Shown here: positions 13,101 through 24,941 of the stretch, one piece after another
How the letters are laid out: each line of letters starts with the position of its first letter
Position numbering within the stretch: the first letter of the stretch is position 1
Source: Acanthaster planci
Lineage: Eukaryota
Assembly: GCF_001949145.1 (NCBI RefSeq)
Contig: NW_019091361.1
Location: 1,039,452 to 1,103,451 of the forward strand
Direction: 5' to 3'
Length of the DNA stretch: 64,000 nt
Notes under the pieces: generated by a model
Databases searched by the model: none
Told to the model about the DNA's origin: nothing
What the model saw: only the letters and a program-made list of their open reading frames with translations
Made by a program: the position numbers and the translations under genes

Positions 13101-15007
13101 CCCTAACGCTCCTCAATCCTTCACCTGTTGGAGGACTGAGGACTGTTAGGGTTAACACATAAATGCAAATGAACCAAGAGAAATTTATCAAATGCATTTT
13201 CGCTTTTTTTTTCAGTCTCAGAAGGGCATGGGGAATGAGGAACTTCAAACTGAAGGTGATGTCGAAATACAGGTAGTTTATCCCTGTAATAAAATTCCAC
13301 TAATGCTGTTTATTATTTTCGAGGCATTCAACTACATACATGTATTTGGTCTGACAAGGATATCCTTCGCAATTTTCCGTTTTTTGTTGGTAACATTTCC
13401 ATAAAGGTCGTTACTGGAGAAATGCAAAGTCGCATTTTAAAAGAGAAACAACTGTGAAATGGTCGAGAATTCGGTTATAATGAAAGCAATTATTCTACAC
13501 GCGGCGAATTTTTATCACAGGACTTGAGTGTACAAGAGTCCGACAGTATAAAGGATTTCATAAATGATGAATCGACAATTTCAACTTTAGAGATAACTGT
13601 CTTAAGAAAAACATGTTTCGTTATAATCCTCAGAGAATTAAACTTAATCGTTTGAGTGACTACGAAGTGGACAATGTCAAGATGGCCAACGTCTTCGGCT
13701 CGCCTCCAGCAATCAAAGAGAAGCAAGTCAGTAGTTCCATGCGACTCAACCCCCTCTACGACCAGAACGGGACCGTGGAGGTGACAGCCGATCAAGCTCA
13801 GGTGGCCAAGGTCGGCGACATCAGCCAAGATTCCGTGGCCAGTCAGAATAGTGCTAAGGCAGGCAAGAGCAAAAAAGGCACCTACAAACGGCCCAAGAAG
13901 GACCTCGACGAGGACGCGGAGGAGGTTCCTGACGAAAGACCACCAGAGACCAAGATAAACTACAGCAAAAACTTCAGGTTTGGGAAACGACCACCAGACG
14001 GGCAGAACGGTGCAGCAAACGGCGTGAAGAAACTGGTACGGATACCAAAAAATCAGTAGTTTGTACGGTAATCTTAAACACGTTTACAACTTTGGTCCTC
14101 TAACATCCAGTTAATGTGAAAATTTTGAAGGGATGGGGCCCCCTACCACTAGCAACAGGGGCCTTGAATTCCCCCTTCCTTACATCGATGTCGCCTGCCA
14201 CTGTCACACCTCGACAATAAGTTTTGTTTAAAATATCTTAAATCAATTTTGTCAGTTCCTGCTTTTAATATTCTTGTCTTCCTTTGTCAATTTTAAAAAA
14301 TCTTATCAGACTTCCTTTGGAGTCGTCATGCCATCAAGAGTGAAACATGTAAGTAGACGCAATAAACATGTAAATATTGTTTTGACTGGAGCCAAAGAAA
14401 GTATCATGAAAGAAAACATGATGCATCAAACAAAAGAATGCCAATCTTGTCTAAAGTATTTAGTTTTAATTGAAACCACACGATTTTATATTCTCTAAAA
14501 TAACTGAGATAACAAGCTCAAATGTGTTTCTTTGTATGTTCATAAAATCACGTGGGCCTACACTATAAAAATTCTCCTCCGTTTTTGAGGACTAAATAGC
14601 AAGTTTCTCTAACCAGTATCACCAAAATGAAGTTTGACTCTCCCTATAAAAAAATCATGTTTGCGGCTGAGGACTCGTTGTTCTGAGTGCACTGAAGTTG
14701 AATCCCATTCATTCTTGCCGACAATGGTCGTTTGAAAAGCCAAGAGGGTCAATACTTCCACTTTCCTTCACCTTTGACCAATCAGAATACCATGCCCAAA
14801 GATCAGCTCGTAGCAGCGGGGGGAGGGCCCAGCCAATATGCACTAGGGGCACAGACTGACGTCAAATCCAAGACTGACATCGAAGCAGCAAGCCGACGCC
14901 ATGAGATCCGAAGAAGATGGAGATACGTCATCATTCTCATCCTCATCATTCTCGTCTTTGGTCTCATTCTTACCGTGGTGTTGTACTTTGCGACGAGGCA
15001 GTCATAG
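10175..15007 (+). CDS. Uncharacterised protein with a single C-terminal transmembrane helix (tail-anchored); 5' exon structure uncertain
   Basis: Confident exons: about 13591/13613-14035 (donor CTG|GTACGG) and 14786-15007 (…RRRWRYVIILILIILVFGLILTVVLYFATRQS*). Probable first coding exon 10175-10327 (MANTDINGSDGG…SSSNT|GTAGGC). Candidate small exons 13030-13070 and 13216-13272. Confidence 0.6.
13097..13155. mobile_element. 59-bp TTAA-flanked palindromic mini-element (piggyBac-like ends)
   Basis: TTAACCCTAACGCTCCTCAATCCTTCA…TGGAGGACTGAGGACTGTTAGGGTTAA forms a near-perfect inverted repeat bounded by TTAA. Confidence 0.55.
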
Positions 15008-17202
15008 ATATTGTGTCTTACGCTTTTTCTGTATGACATCTCAGCCGCATACTGCATTGTGTACATGTATACAACAATATAACGCAAAGCATTAAAAAGA
15101 ACATTTTTAATTCTGTCAGTAATGTGTTCTACCTCAACAACATTCTGGCAGATGTGCATGCATTCGTCTGGTTTCCTTCTTACACAACAACGAGGCAATC
15201 TCTCAATTGTCACCACTTTGGGGTGCAGGTTGGAAATTAAAACGAGAAAGAAAATACATGTACGTGCACTGTATAGGTTATTTAATAGCTTATAAACGTC
15301 TCATGCCACTATCACTGGCGTGTCCAATCAGCATGTTTCTGAGTCTTTGACCACCGACATTACGGAGGTCAAAGGTCTTTCTCTTGATTCAGAGGATTCT
15401 CAAACCTGGTTGCAGGGGAACCTCTTGAATGTATCGCAGTTCTAAACAGTCACGATCCTCATCTTAAGTTACAACAAAATGCGAATTTAATATTTTAACC
15501 CAATTATAAATGCATAACTCGAGGCTGATGGAATTTGTTATCGTGAAAATATCTGTAATAATATGTAAAAAAAGTAAAGGCTATTCTAAAGAATATGTTT
15601 CACAAGAGTAAATTCCACTTTTGATATTTTGAATACAATGTAAGTTTGTTGTTTAGTTGAGAACACTTCCAGCTAGTCACCAATGTGAATTTTCAATTCA
15701 TAATTTCTCTAAATTCAGTGATTACACCTTTATACTTGTTATTCTATTTTTTGTACTGTTTCCACTCATGCCAAACGAAATGTACATGTAGCAACATATT
15801 CTGGGATACTGACACTCCATTACACACACGCTTAATAGTCTGCATGTTTGCAAAGTCGTATCAAAATTAAGAGGTCATCAAATTTCGAGGAAGCAACGGA
15901 CCAATAAAGATCGTATAAAGTGAACTTAAAGCAGGGAACTATTTCTTAATAAAAATATCACCACCAGATTTGAGTGTTATTCATCTAAATCGATATTATC
16001 ATCAGGTTTTAACAAAATTGTTTACTTACTAATGTAAGACTTTCTTTGAAGAGTGATTAATATACTTCCTTTAAAAAGTACTTTTAAATGCTTCAGAAAC
16101 TAGGAAGCAATCACAGAACGACGTAAATGTGTACTGTTGTGGGCAGAAATATTGTGTAGATTAACCTCAAATGCTTAGAAATATTTTGAATTTTTTACCA
16201 TTGAGAATGTCTTTGAGCATTTACATGTATGCCCTTGCTTCATGTTAAAATTGTAAATGTGCATGTATTCTTGACAATGAAATTGAACTTTTACACAAGG
16301 CATGTTCTCAGTGTTTGTTAGGATTTAAGATCTGCATGTTTCCTTTTTTAAAGTGTATGCTTAATGGTGAAATGCCTCGGCCACGCAACATACTACATGT
16401 ATGTGGGCTGGCCCTTTGAAGTGTTTATACTGAAGTGAACACTTTTCTGTTTTGTCACAGGTAAATAGAATATTGTCAAACTTTCTGTAAAAACATCGGT
16501 TGATATTTTTGCTCTTACAGATTGTCTTTGAAATAAGTAAATTACATGTACACGATTACAGAATTGCATGTATTTTTTATTCATTCAGATAAACTTATAC
16601 ATTTTTATTTGCATTACATATACAAACACAAAATTTGTATTTCAAAACGCGATGCTAGAGTTATTCAGAGGGTGATTTATTAAAACAAAATTAAATTTTA
16701 TTGTTTGAAGTATGTGTACTTTCCATAGAATTTTGTTGTCTCTTTGAGAGGTGTATTTCATTTTGCCGACGGCTGAATGCTGTGAGTTAACGTCTGTGAT
16801 AACATTTTAAAAAGACCACTTCATCTACACAAATCAGCCTGAGACCCATTGCGCATTGTAGTCCGGAGGGATTCGCATCATTAAAATTGCTTGGTTTTCG
16901 GTACAGGCAGTCTGAATACAAGAATGGATCACAAATCACATGTACATGAACATTAATCAAAACCAGGGATCCCAGTGATGGCCCGTCAATATTAAACCAT
17001 AATAATTTACTTATATTTCTCATAAAAAATAGTTTTTATTTTAAAGAAAATTTGTGTCGCTCCCTGAAAAGAGAGTGAAACCATAATTATATATCTTACA
17101 CTTAAGAATTTGTCTCCTTTTGGTGAGTGAATAATGTAATGTGCCTGCTCAGTTGAAAATACAACATTGGGACTGTTGGCGACACTCAAATGTGTCGTGG
17201 AA

Positions 17203-19286
17203 CTACTGTGTGTCTCCGTGGATCACATGATCAATGGTGACATCATCTTCAGACACTGGTACTGTGGCACACATCTGTTCTTTGAATGCCAGGGCAATTG
17301 TTTTTGGCTTACCACTTGGGTGCTCCGCACACCGCTTCTGGTACTTGTCATAGTACCCTTTACCCTTCCCTAGTCTATCGCCGCCGAGGTTGAAAGCCAG
17401 ACCAGGCACAATGATTAAATCAAGTCCTCCTGACAGGTGAAAGGGGGAAATGGATGGAGGCTCCAAGTTACCGACTTCAAGTATGTGTAGCCCATTTAGC
17501 TAATAATACAACAATACTTCATGAGAGAAATAAATGTGGTACGGTGCCCTGCCCAAGGACATACTGCCCAAGGATCACTCACTCATGTCCCCATGAATGT
17601 GTGGTTATGAGTGCATGACAAATATTCAAAATTAAATGAACACAAAATAAAAAAAATGACTGGCTGAAGTTGTGGAAATACAGCCAAGGTACATGGCCTC
17701 CTCTTTGGAGCAGCATGTAATATTAAAGGTGGCTCTAAAACTTAAAAAGAGACTATCAGTGATGGACTTGAGCAGAGAGAGGTTCTTCTCACCTGTTGCT
17801 AGAGCTTCCTCCCTCTGGTCTCCTTCAGCCGGCTGTTTGATATTCCACTTTGTCAGTGGCAAGTTGCTGTAGTCTTCCATTGAAAGTAACCTCAACATGT
17901 CCATCCGTGGGCCTATGTACTGCGGCACGAAACACTTCTTCTTGTTGGCAAACATGTGATTCAAGATACCTTCTGTGCTGACTTCATCTGCTGTGCTTAG
18001 ATACACCGAGATGCGTTGGCTACTCCGGTACACAGGATGTGATACCAGCTGCAGGTTTGTTTTGTAGGAATTAGAATAGAAAACAGAGAGATGCAATTCA
18101 TGCAAACCATTTTCGCATGGAAGTTGAAAAAACCACAAGAACAATGCAACAAATGATTTGAAAATAAATAATGCAACATCAATTGTAAATGAACAAAAGA
18201 TTTTGATCTGCAGAATATACAATCATTTAACCCTAACCTTCCCCAACCACACAGAATTAAACCGCAGTAAAGTGTTTAATTCTGTGGGGATAGGTCTGGC
18301 AGGCCCATAACAGCTGGCTTTTACAATGAGTTTGGCATACCTCAGAAAACAAAGTCCAACAGTCCCTGTACACAAAGTCCCAAATGGGTGTTTAACTGTG
18401 TGTGAATGGGGAAGNNNNNNNNNNNNNNNNNNNNNTTTAACTATTCTGGGTAATTGTGTGTCATAGGTTAATTGTCAGTGTCCACTGATACTTAGAAATT
18501 AGACCATGGAGGAATCAGAGAGAGCACACATGTAGGCCAGGCAGGCTACCCTACTGAAGTGCTTGTGCATCTCTGTCTTGATGTTGCTGCAAGTGTCATC
18601 TGTTCAGCTATTCCCCACGTTCCCAGAGGTCAGTGCCGTAATGGACACTGGTTCAGTTGCAACATGGAGTCCTTCCTCCATCATCATGATAATTGCAACT
18701 ACATTGTGATGAGGGCAAGCTTAGTGAATAACTATGATAATGGAGCCATATGGGAGTCACTGACATACTTGATGTAAGCCTACTACAAGTTACATGTACT
18801 AGGCCTACAACTTGGGCCTGACCTAGTTTTTCCTTGAAAGCCTTAACCACTTAACCATAAACACTTAAAAAGTCATTTTAAATTACATCAAGTTAATGCT
18901 CAAAGTTATTGTTGCCGGTTTTGGAGACAGTGCAACATTGGCGACCCGTACTAGACACCAAGATACACTGAATATGAAAAACATCTACCCATTCCGTTAG
19001 GTACAGTCACCGCATAAGGCCTGTTGCATACCACCTGCATACACTTTTTCACTTCACGTACCGTAAGCTAGCTAGGCCTACCGGTCATGCCGGTTGTCGG
19101 CTCAAGCCAGCAAAAAAGGCTTAAGCTTCACACAGTAAATCTGGATAATGGCAAACTGAAACACATGGTAACCTTCTTAAGAATGATTTCTGACTGCTGA
19201 GCCTTTTCTTCGCTTGATAAGGCAGCTAGTCGCTGCTTCATTTCGCGACGAAGCAGGCTTTTTGCTTCCCGCATGGCCGCCGCCAT
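17203..19286 (-). CDS. MTHFS: 5-formyltetrahydrofolate cyclo-ligase (methenyltetrahydrofolate synthetase)
   Basis: Exons 19286-19173 (MAAAMREAKSLLRREMKQRL…), 18048-17793 (…RISVYLSTADEVST…CFVPQY…WNIKQP…) and 17429-17203 with the signature LDLIIVPGLAF…RLGKGKGYYD. Phases are consistent. Confidence 0.96.
17530..17620 (-). mobile_element. Degraded SINE fragment in MTHFS intron 2
   Basis: GTGCCCTGCCCAAGGACA…GGTTATGAGT resembles the reverse complement of the tRNA-head plus GTGTCCTTGGGCAAGGCAC core of widespread metazoan SINEs. Recognised from memory only. Confidence 0.35.
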
Positions 19287-19290
19287 CTTG
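19279..19290 (-). promoter_or_regulatory. YY1-type motif CAAGATGGCGGC overlapping the MTHFS start codon
   Basis: The minus strand reads CAAGATGGCGGC, the canonical YY1 consensus often found overlapping start codons of housekeeping genes. Confidence 0.5.
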
Positions 19291-20357
19291 ATCTTTGCTG
19301 AATCTACCAAAGAGGGCGCTGTCCATCGTATTAAGGGTCCGGGTGTTCTTCGAGTTTTTATCCGAGCCACCGTTCCACCGGCAGGATCATCAGACGGTGT
19401 AAATTTAAAATTTATCTCGTGCATTCATCTGTAAGGCTTAATTATAATTAGTTTATCATTAAAAATTATCATTGAAATTCAATAACTAGTCATAATTAAC
19501 TGTTACTTATAAAGACACTTGTTGGCATGCAAAGGTCGTGGCTGTAGCAGGTGATCATCACTCCCAGGTAAAATGCCGTCATAATGTGCTTCGGTCGGAG
19601 TTTAAGGCCATGCCCGAATAATTTGGCCAGCCCCCCATTCCTTCCTCCATGAAGAAACACACACTAAATGACCAAGGGAATGGGCTATTGGATCTTCCCT
19701 CCCCCCCCCACACACACAATTGATCGTGGTGTGAACTTAAGAGCGGGATTTGGTGTATTTTTCGAACTTCCCAAGTTGTTCTGAAATGGGGAAAAACTTA
19801 CAAGAACTTTACATTCATGCACCATGTACACCTTTTTGATGTACAGAACAGCACTCCTACGGTGTCATGTGGTGTCCAGCAATACCCCCTCCCGCACACC
19901 TTTCGAATTTCCACTACCGGTTACATGATTTTTTATTTAAGTCATCTCCCACCCCCACTAATCCCAGGTACTGATTTACACCACTGTACTTAATGCCCGA
20001 CATGATTGACCTTACCAAACTGGAAACCCCTAGTTAGCGACTGCTGCCATTTTCCATAGACTTGTGTATTATTTCTTGCTGTAGCCAAGTAATTGTACAC
20101 AGCCTGATGGGGTACAGTGCTCTTGGATCGATGACCTCAGCCGAAGCATACCGGGTTGAGCCAAGGGTTCGAACTTCAAGTTGTCTCAGTTAAAAAAAAT
20201 AAGAAGAATAATAACTATGTGAGAAACATCATCAGTGCACATCGCTGAGTTGTTTGCGGGTTGAGCAAAAATATGATTGATTGTAACGTCCCTGCATATA
20301 TTATCATGACCACTCACGCGTGTAAAAAATGTGAACATGTAAGACCTGCCTTATAGT

Positions 20358-20725
20358 CAGTGTTGCGGTCGAGTACTTTCCGAGTACCAACGTTCTCCGC
20401 AAAATACTGAACTGGGTAAGAGGGAATAAAGCCAGAGTGCACAGGCATTTGATGGTAAATGTGCAAAGGTAAGATTACAAAATAAATGTTAGACTTCAGA
20501 CACTCCCAGTTGTGTAAAAAACTCGGCCGAGTACTTTCCGAGTACTTTTGTCCTAAACTGTTAATTTTAATCAAACAGGGAGGCCTGAAGTCATTATGTT
20601 GCTTTGTAATCTTACCTTTATGCATGTACCATCAAATGCCGATGTACTTCAGCTTTGTTTCCTCCTAACTAGTTAAATATTTGGTAAAGAACTTAGTTCT
20701 CAAAAAGTACTCGACTACAGCACTG
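20358..20725. mobile_element. hAT-type MITE with long imperfect TIRs and a perfect 8-bp target-site duplication
   Basis: Ends are CAGTGTTGCGGTCGAGTACTTT and AAAAGTACTCGACTACAGCACTG. Inverted similarity extends more than 100 bp (GGCATTTGATGGTA…AAAGGTAAGATTACAAA vs TTTGTAATCTTACCTTT…TACCATCAAATGCC). CTTATAGT flanks both ends (20350-20357, 20726-20733). Confidence 0.9.
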
Positions 20726-22361
20726 CTTATAGTTGCGGAAAACTCCCTAGTGGCATAAACCCAATGTCGTCCGAATGTTGCATTAACCTTTTCCAGGTAG
20801 ATTCCCTAATCAACACATGGCCAACTGCACAAACCACATCTTTAGTGCCGCCCATGCTGTGCTTGCGTATAGTTAAGACAGATTGCCGACTATATGCCCA
20901 GCATGGATACCAGTGGTTTGGATTTCTCCCCTCCGGCATAAAAAAGGCACTCCATGTTTCTCTTTGACGTAGCACTACGTTTACTGGTGAAAGGAACTTT
21001 GTCATTTCCACGATACAGTGCATTTTAGAAACAACACACGCACCATAGGGTCCCTTAAGGTTTAATTTCAATCAGAGTAATAGATTTTAATGAGTCATAC
21101 GTTAACGTGCATTGTTTAAAGACTACGAGAACCAAATTGCACAAGATCCAGATTGTTATTAATGAAACGTTTATCTAAAATTTCGTTCACCCATTTTTTT
21201 TTTTTACAATGCTACGGCATCGAAGTCACGCTCTGTCAGCAGACCATAATCTTCAACTGTTGCTTTTGTTTCATGATGCTGGGCTTTTACTCCAAATAAA
21301 AACAATGTGCAAATCAAACTCTGTGGCAGAGTATTATCACTTCGAATAAATGTATAGGATTTTCATTGAAATCCACCAGTCCACCCGATGGTACCGATGA
21401 CACCTTCCCACGTATTGATCTTCTTGCTAGTGACCTTGCCTCGCCCTAATCACAGCTGTCGGTTTATTGCTGAAGTACTTTGCAATTAGTATTTCTGGAC
21501 GAAGTTGTCCCTGTTGGGCCTTGTGAGAGCACATAAAGGACTAGGCCTATGTTCTGTGTATCGAGTGTACATGAAGTTAAAATGGAAAGGACGGATCAAT
21601 TCTGTTTTGTTTTTGAACATAGTGATAAAATTTTCGCAACATTTACATCTTGAATTTTTGAAAGACTTCCTTGAGAAAACAGGATTTTAAATCGGGTAAA
21701 CAAAAAGGAAAAAATATTGTAATTTTTTGGAAACTTTCTTCCCATGAGGCCATTAGAATGATGGCATCAGTCCTTCCCGGTCTTCTTGTCTTGTTTGATA
21801 TTCGATAACCAGTTTCTCATGATAAAGCAGCTTCTTAAAAGGAGTCGGGATCTATGACTTGTATTTTTTACAAAAATTTCAAGCAAGTGTCTTAATTAAA
21901 CCAGAATTTCATTACTTACTTATTTTCAGCTGTTCCATCGAACAATTCAAAGGTCTTTTGCAAATTGTTCATTTATCCTTGCACAAAGCCTTAACCTCCG
22001 TTGTTAATCGTACCCGAGTTTCCTTCATTATGAGATAGGTTGTTATACTGAGGCTTAGATTCCGTTTTCTGATAATGGAAATTTCGGACCAACTGCTGTA
22101 ACGAGTGTTGCGTAAATTGAACGAAAAACATTACAGCAAAGCAGAAGGACTCACATCCTATAAAAAACAATGGAGACTGCACGTACTCGATATTTTCACA
22201 CCTGTTGATAGAAGGCCTACACATATCATCGTCAAACCCAGACACACCCCGCCGGCTGTGATTTAGGTATTACCAACACAATCGTACGTGTCGCATTTCC
22301 GAGATCCTCAAAGTATGGACACCACACTCTCTTAGAAGTATCGGGGAGGAATCTTTTAGGA

Positions 22362-24941
22362 ATGACTTTCGCACAGGATTACTGGCTTGTGTTGGTCGCA
22401 GTATTTGTCTTTTATCAGGGAATAATTACTCCGTGTTTAGCAAGGCCTGATGGGGCGCCATCGGAAGCATGCAGTACGTTGCTCCCTCGACACGGCTCAG
22501 CAACGCCACGGCAGCCTCCCAACCCATACCGGATCCAACTAGGAGCAATTAGGTATGTGGCGGGTGGAACCGTAAGAGGTAAGATAATAATTAATTCTTG
22601 TGTAACTCAAAACACCATGTAAAAATGTTAAACGTTGCACGGGAGCCATCTTTATTGAATAAATTATTGGTTTCATAATGAAAAAGCTTTTTGTTTCACC
22701 TCGTATACAATGAAATTCTTCATGTTTACCCAGTTATTTACCCAACTCCAAGCATGCTCTTCAAAATTGATACACTATTTGGTTTTTGAAAAAAAATATT
22801 CGGACATTATGCTTACGAATTATGAAAAGTACTTTACACATTATTGGTGTGGTTCAGTTATTCTACATGCCGAATACCTTTTACTTTCCAAAATATTTCT
22901 CATACGTCAATTGAGAGAAAAATCACAACAGTGAGCTCTTCTCAATTACAACAACAGAAGTCGCGCCAAGAGGTTCGATACTTAATTTCTCTAATAAATA
23001 CACAAACAAACTGCGTTTGCCGAATAAATTGCAATTTGTGCCTTTTTAAGGAGTACAAGTCGTCAATGCCGATAGATACTGTAAATGAAATCTTAATGGA
23101 AGTGTAATTGTATGTTCAACATTAATTCTGTTAATTATACGGTCATCGTCTTGAGAATAAAGCATGAAGATGAAACTGGGATATTGCTTGTTTTCAATTA
23201 AACCCACTGACTGTTTACCTAACATTGAAAGGCGAGTTAGCATAAAAGCTTTTAATATCGTCTGCACTAGGCCTTACTCGACTGGCGTTCCAATTATCCA
23301 GCCATGTGCAAAATCGTATCCTGAGCGGTGGGCATTGATTGGTTATTGTGATTTTTCTGTTTGTGTGGGGTACGGGGTCGCATGTGGTACGATTGGTTTG
23401 TTGTGTAAGTCCATGCATTTTATTAAGATTAAGTAGAAACGTTTGTAAAACGAAGAGTCCGAATTCGAAATGTGAAAATATGGTTTCAATGGGAGTTGAC
23501 ATTAAATTTTAGTGTTGAGTCAACTGCAGGCTATATAGGCCTGATATATCTGCCCAACCACGTCGACATTTTGGTGAATAATATTTTGAGAAACACTGTC
23601 ACTTGGCATTTGTGCGTGGCTCCAATCCTAGAAGCGCGTCTTTTTAGAAGACATCAGAATAAAACTGAGATGCAAGATATTTTGTCAATTTTTGTATTTA
23701 ACGCTTCATCAATAGTCGGAGGGGCTTGAATTGGAGGACAAAATTTTAACGAATACATGAAATTGTATGTTCTCCAAAAAAGAATGAAGCCATTTCTGTC
23801 GTTAATAATGTAACAAAGCCATGCTTTGAACACAAGGCAGATGATGTGCTGTTATCTTTGACGGACGTATTTTAATCATGCGTATAGCAGTTACCAATTG
23901 TTATGTAAAAAAAAATAAGAAACTGAAGTTATACCGATAATTAGTACTCCTTTTTTCCTGGTGTCTAAAACATGTCGAATGTATACCCATGATTGGAGCC
24001 GTGCAGAATTGGACTTCTCCACAGGTTCATTAACAAAACCTGGGAATGCCAGTGTGTAGCAGTGGCGTATGGCGTATAGGAACTGATAATATCAGCACTT
24101 TAGAAACAGTATACCACAACCTTTACTGGGGCTGAGAATTTATCACAAAAGTAGTCCGGTCATTTATGGGGGAATAAATCCATTTTGTCCGCTTGGAGCC
24201 AAGAGGACGATCACCGCGGCCGTGTAGGGGATTTTCTTCTGTATATTTCCCAAACTTTAACAGTGCCGGGAAAAATCGAGTATATATGAACTAGCACATT
24301 TAACAAAAAGGTGTTAACTATGCTAGTTCATATATGCTTGATTTTTCCCGGCTTTCGAAAAAAAGTAAGACGTTTCCCAATCCTTGCTTCAGTTACTCTC
24401 ACGGGACCCAATGACGGAATGAAGGGATTCATTCTCCAAGCCCGTCGAGTCGGCCAGTCAACACCGGTAGGCACATGGGAAAATCTCCCACCAAACACAC
24501 GTACCATGGCTTGCCTGAGGTCGGGGGACACGGTCACTCATTCCACCAATCAGCCCGACACGGCTGCGTCCTTTACATGGAGGGCCCCAACAACCAACGT
24601 CGGGACACTGGAATTTGTGTAAGTAAGAAGGCCTCTACTAAGGGAATTCGTCAAGTTCTCCCCCACCGACCTCAGTTTCGTTATTAAAGTGGACCGATCT
24701 CTACTTTTTAGACCCCCCCTGATTCGAGAGCTTCGAAGCATATAAAAATGAAAGCACGGAAATTTTTTCTCAACAGCACCGTTGCTAAAGCTACATAGTA
24801 ACAGTGAAATACACACATTTGCAACAATTGTCTTGTAGAAGATGGTGAACATTATTTCTTTATATGTCTCTATCATTAGAGCAACTGTTGTGCAGTCCTT
24901 TTCAACATTTTGGGGACCGTTCCGATCATCAGAAGTTACAG
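22362..24941 (+). CDS. Signal peptide plus Reeler domain (exons 1-3 of the large receptor gene)
   Basis: [45 protein letters not shown]…PYRI…Y.AGGTVRVTLTG…[20 protein letters not shown]…TVTHST…FTWRAP…[17 protein letters not shown] matches the Reeler consensus (GAP..AC..M.P.H, F.GF.LQAR, VTH, W.AP, F.ATVV…FW). Confidence 0.9.
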
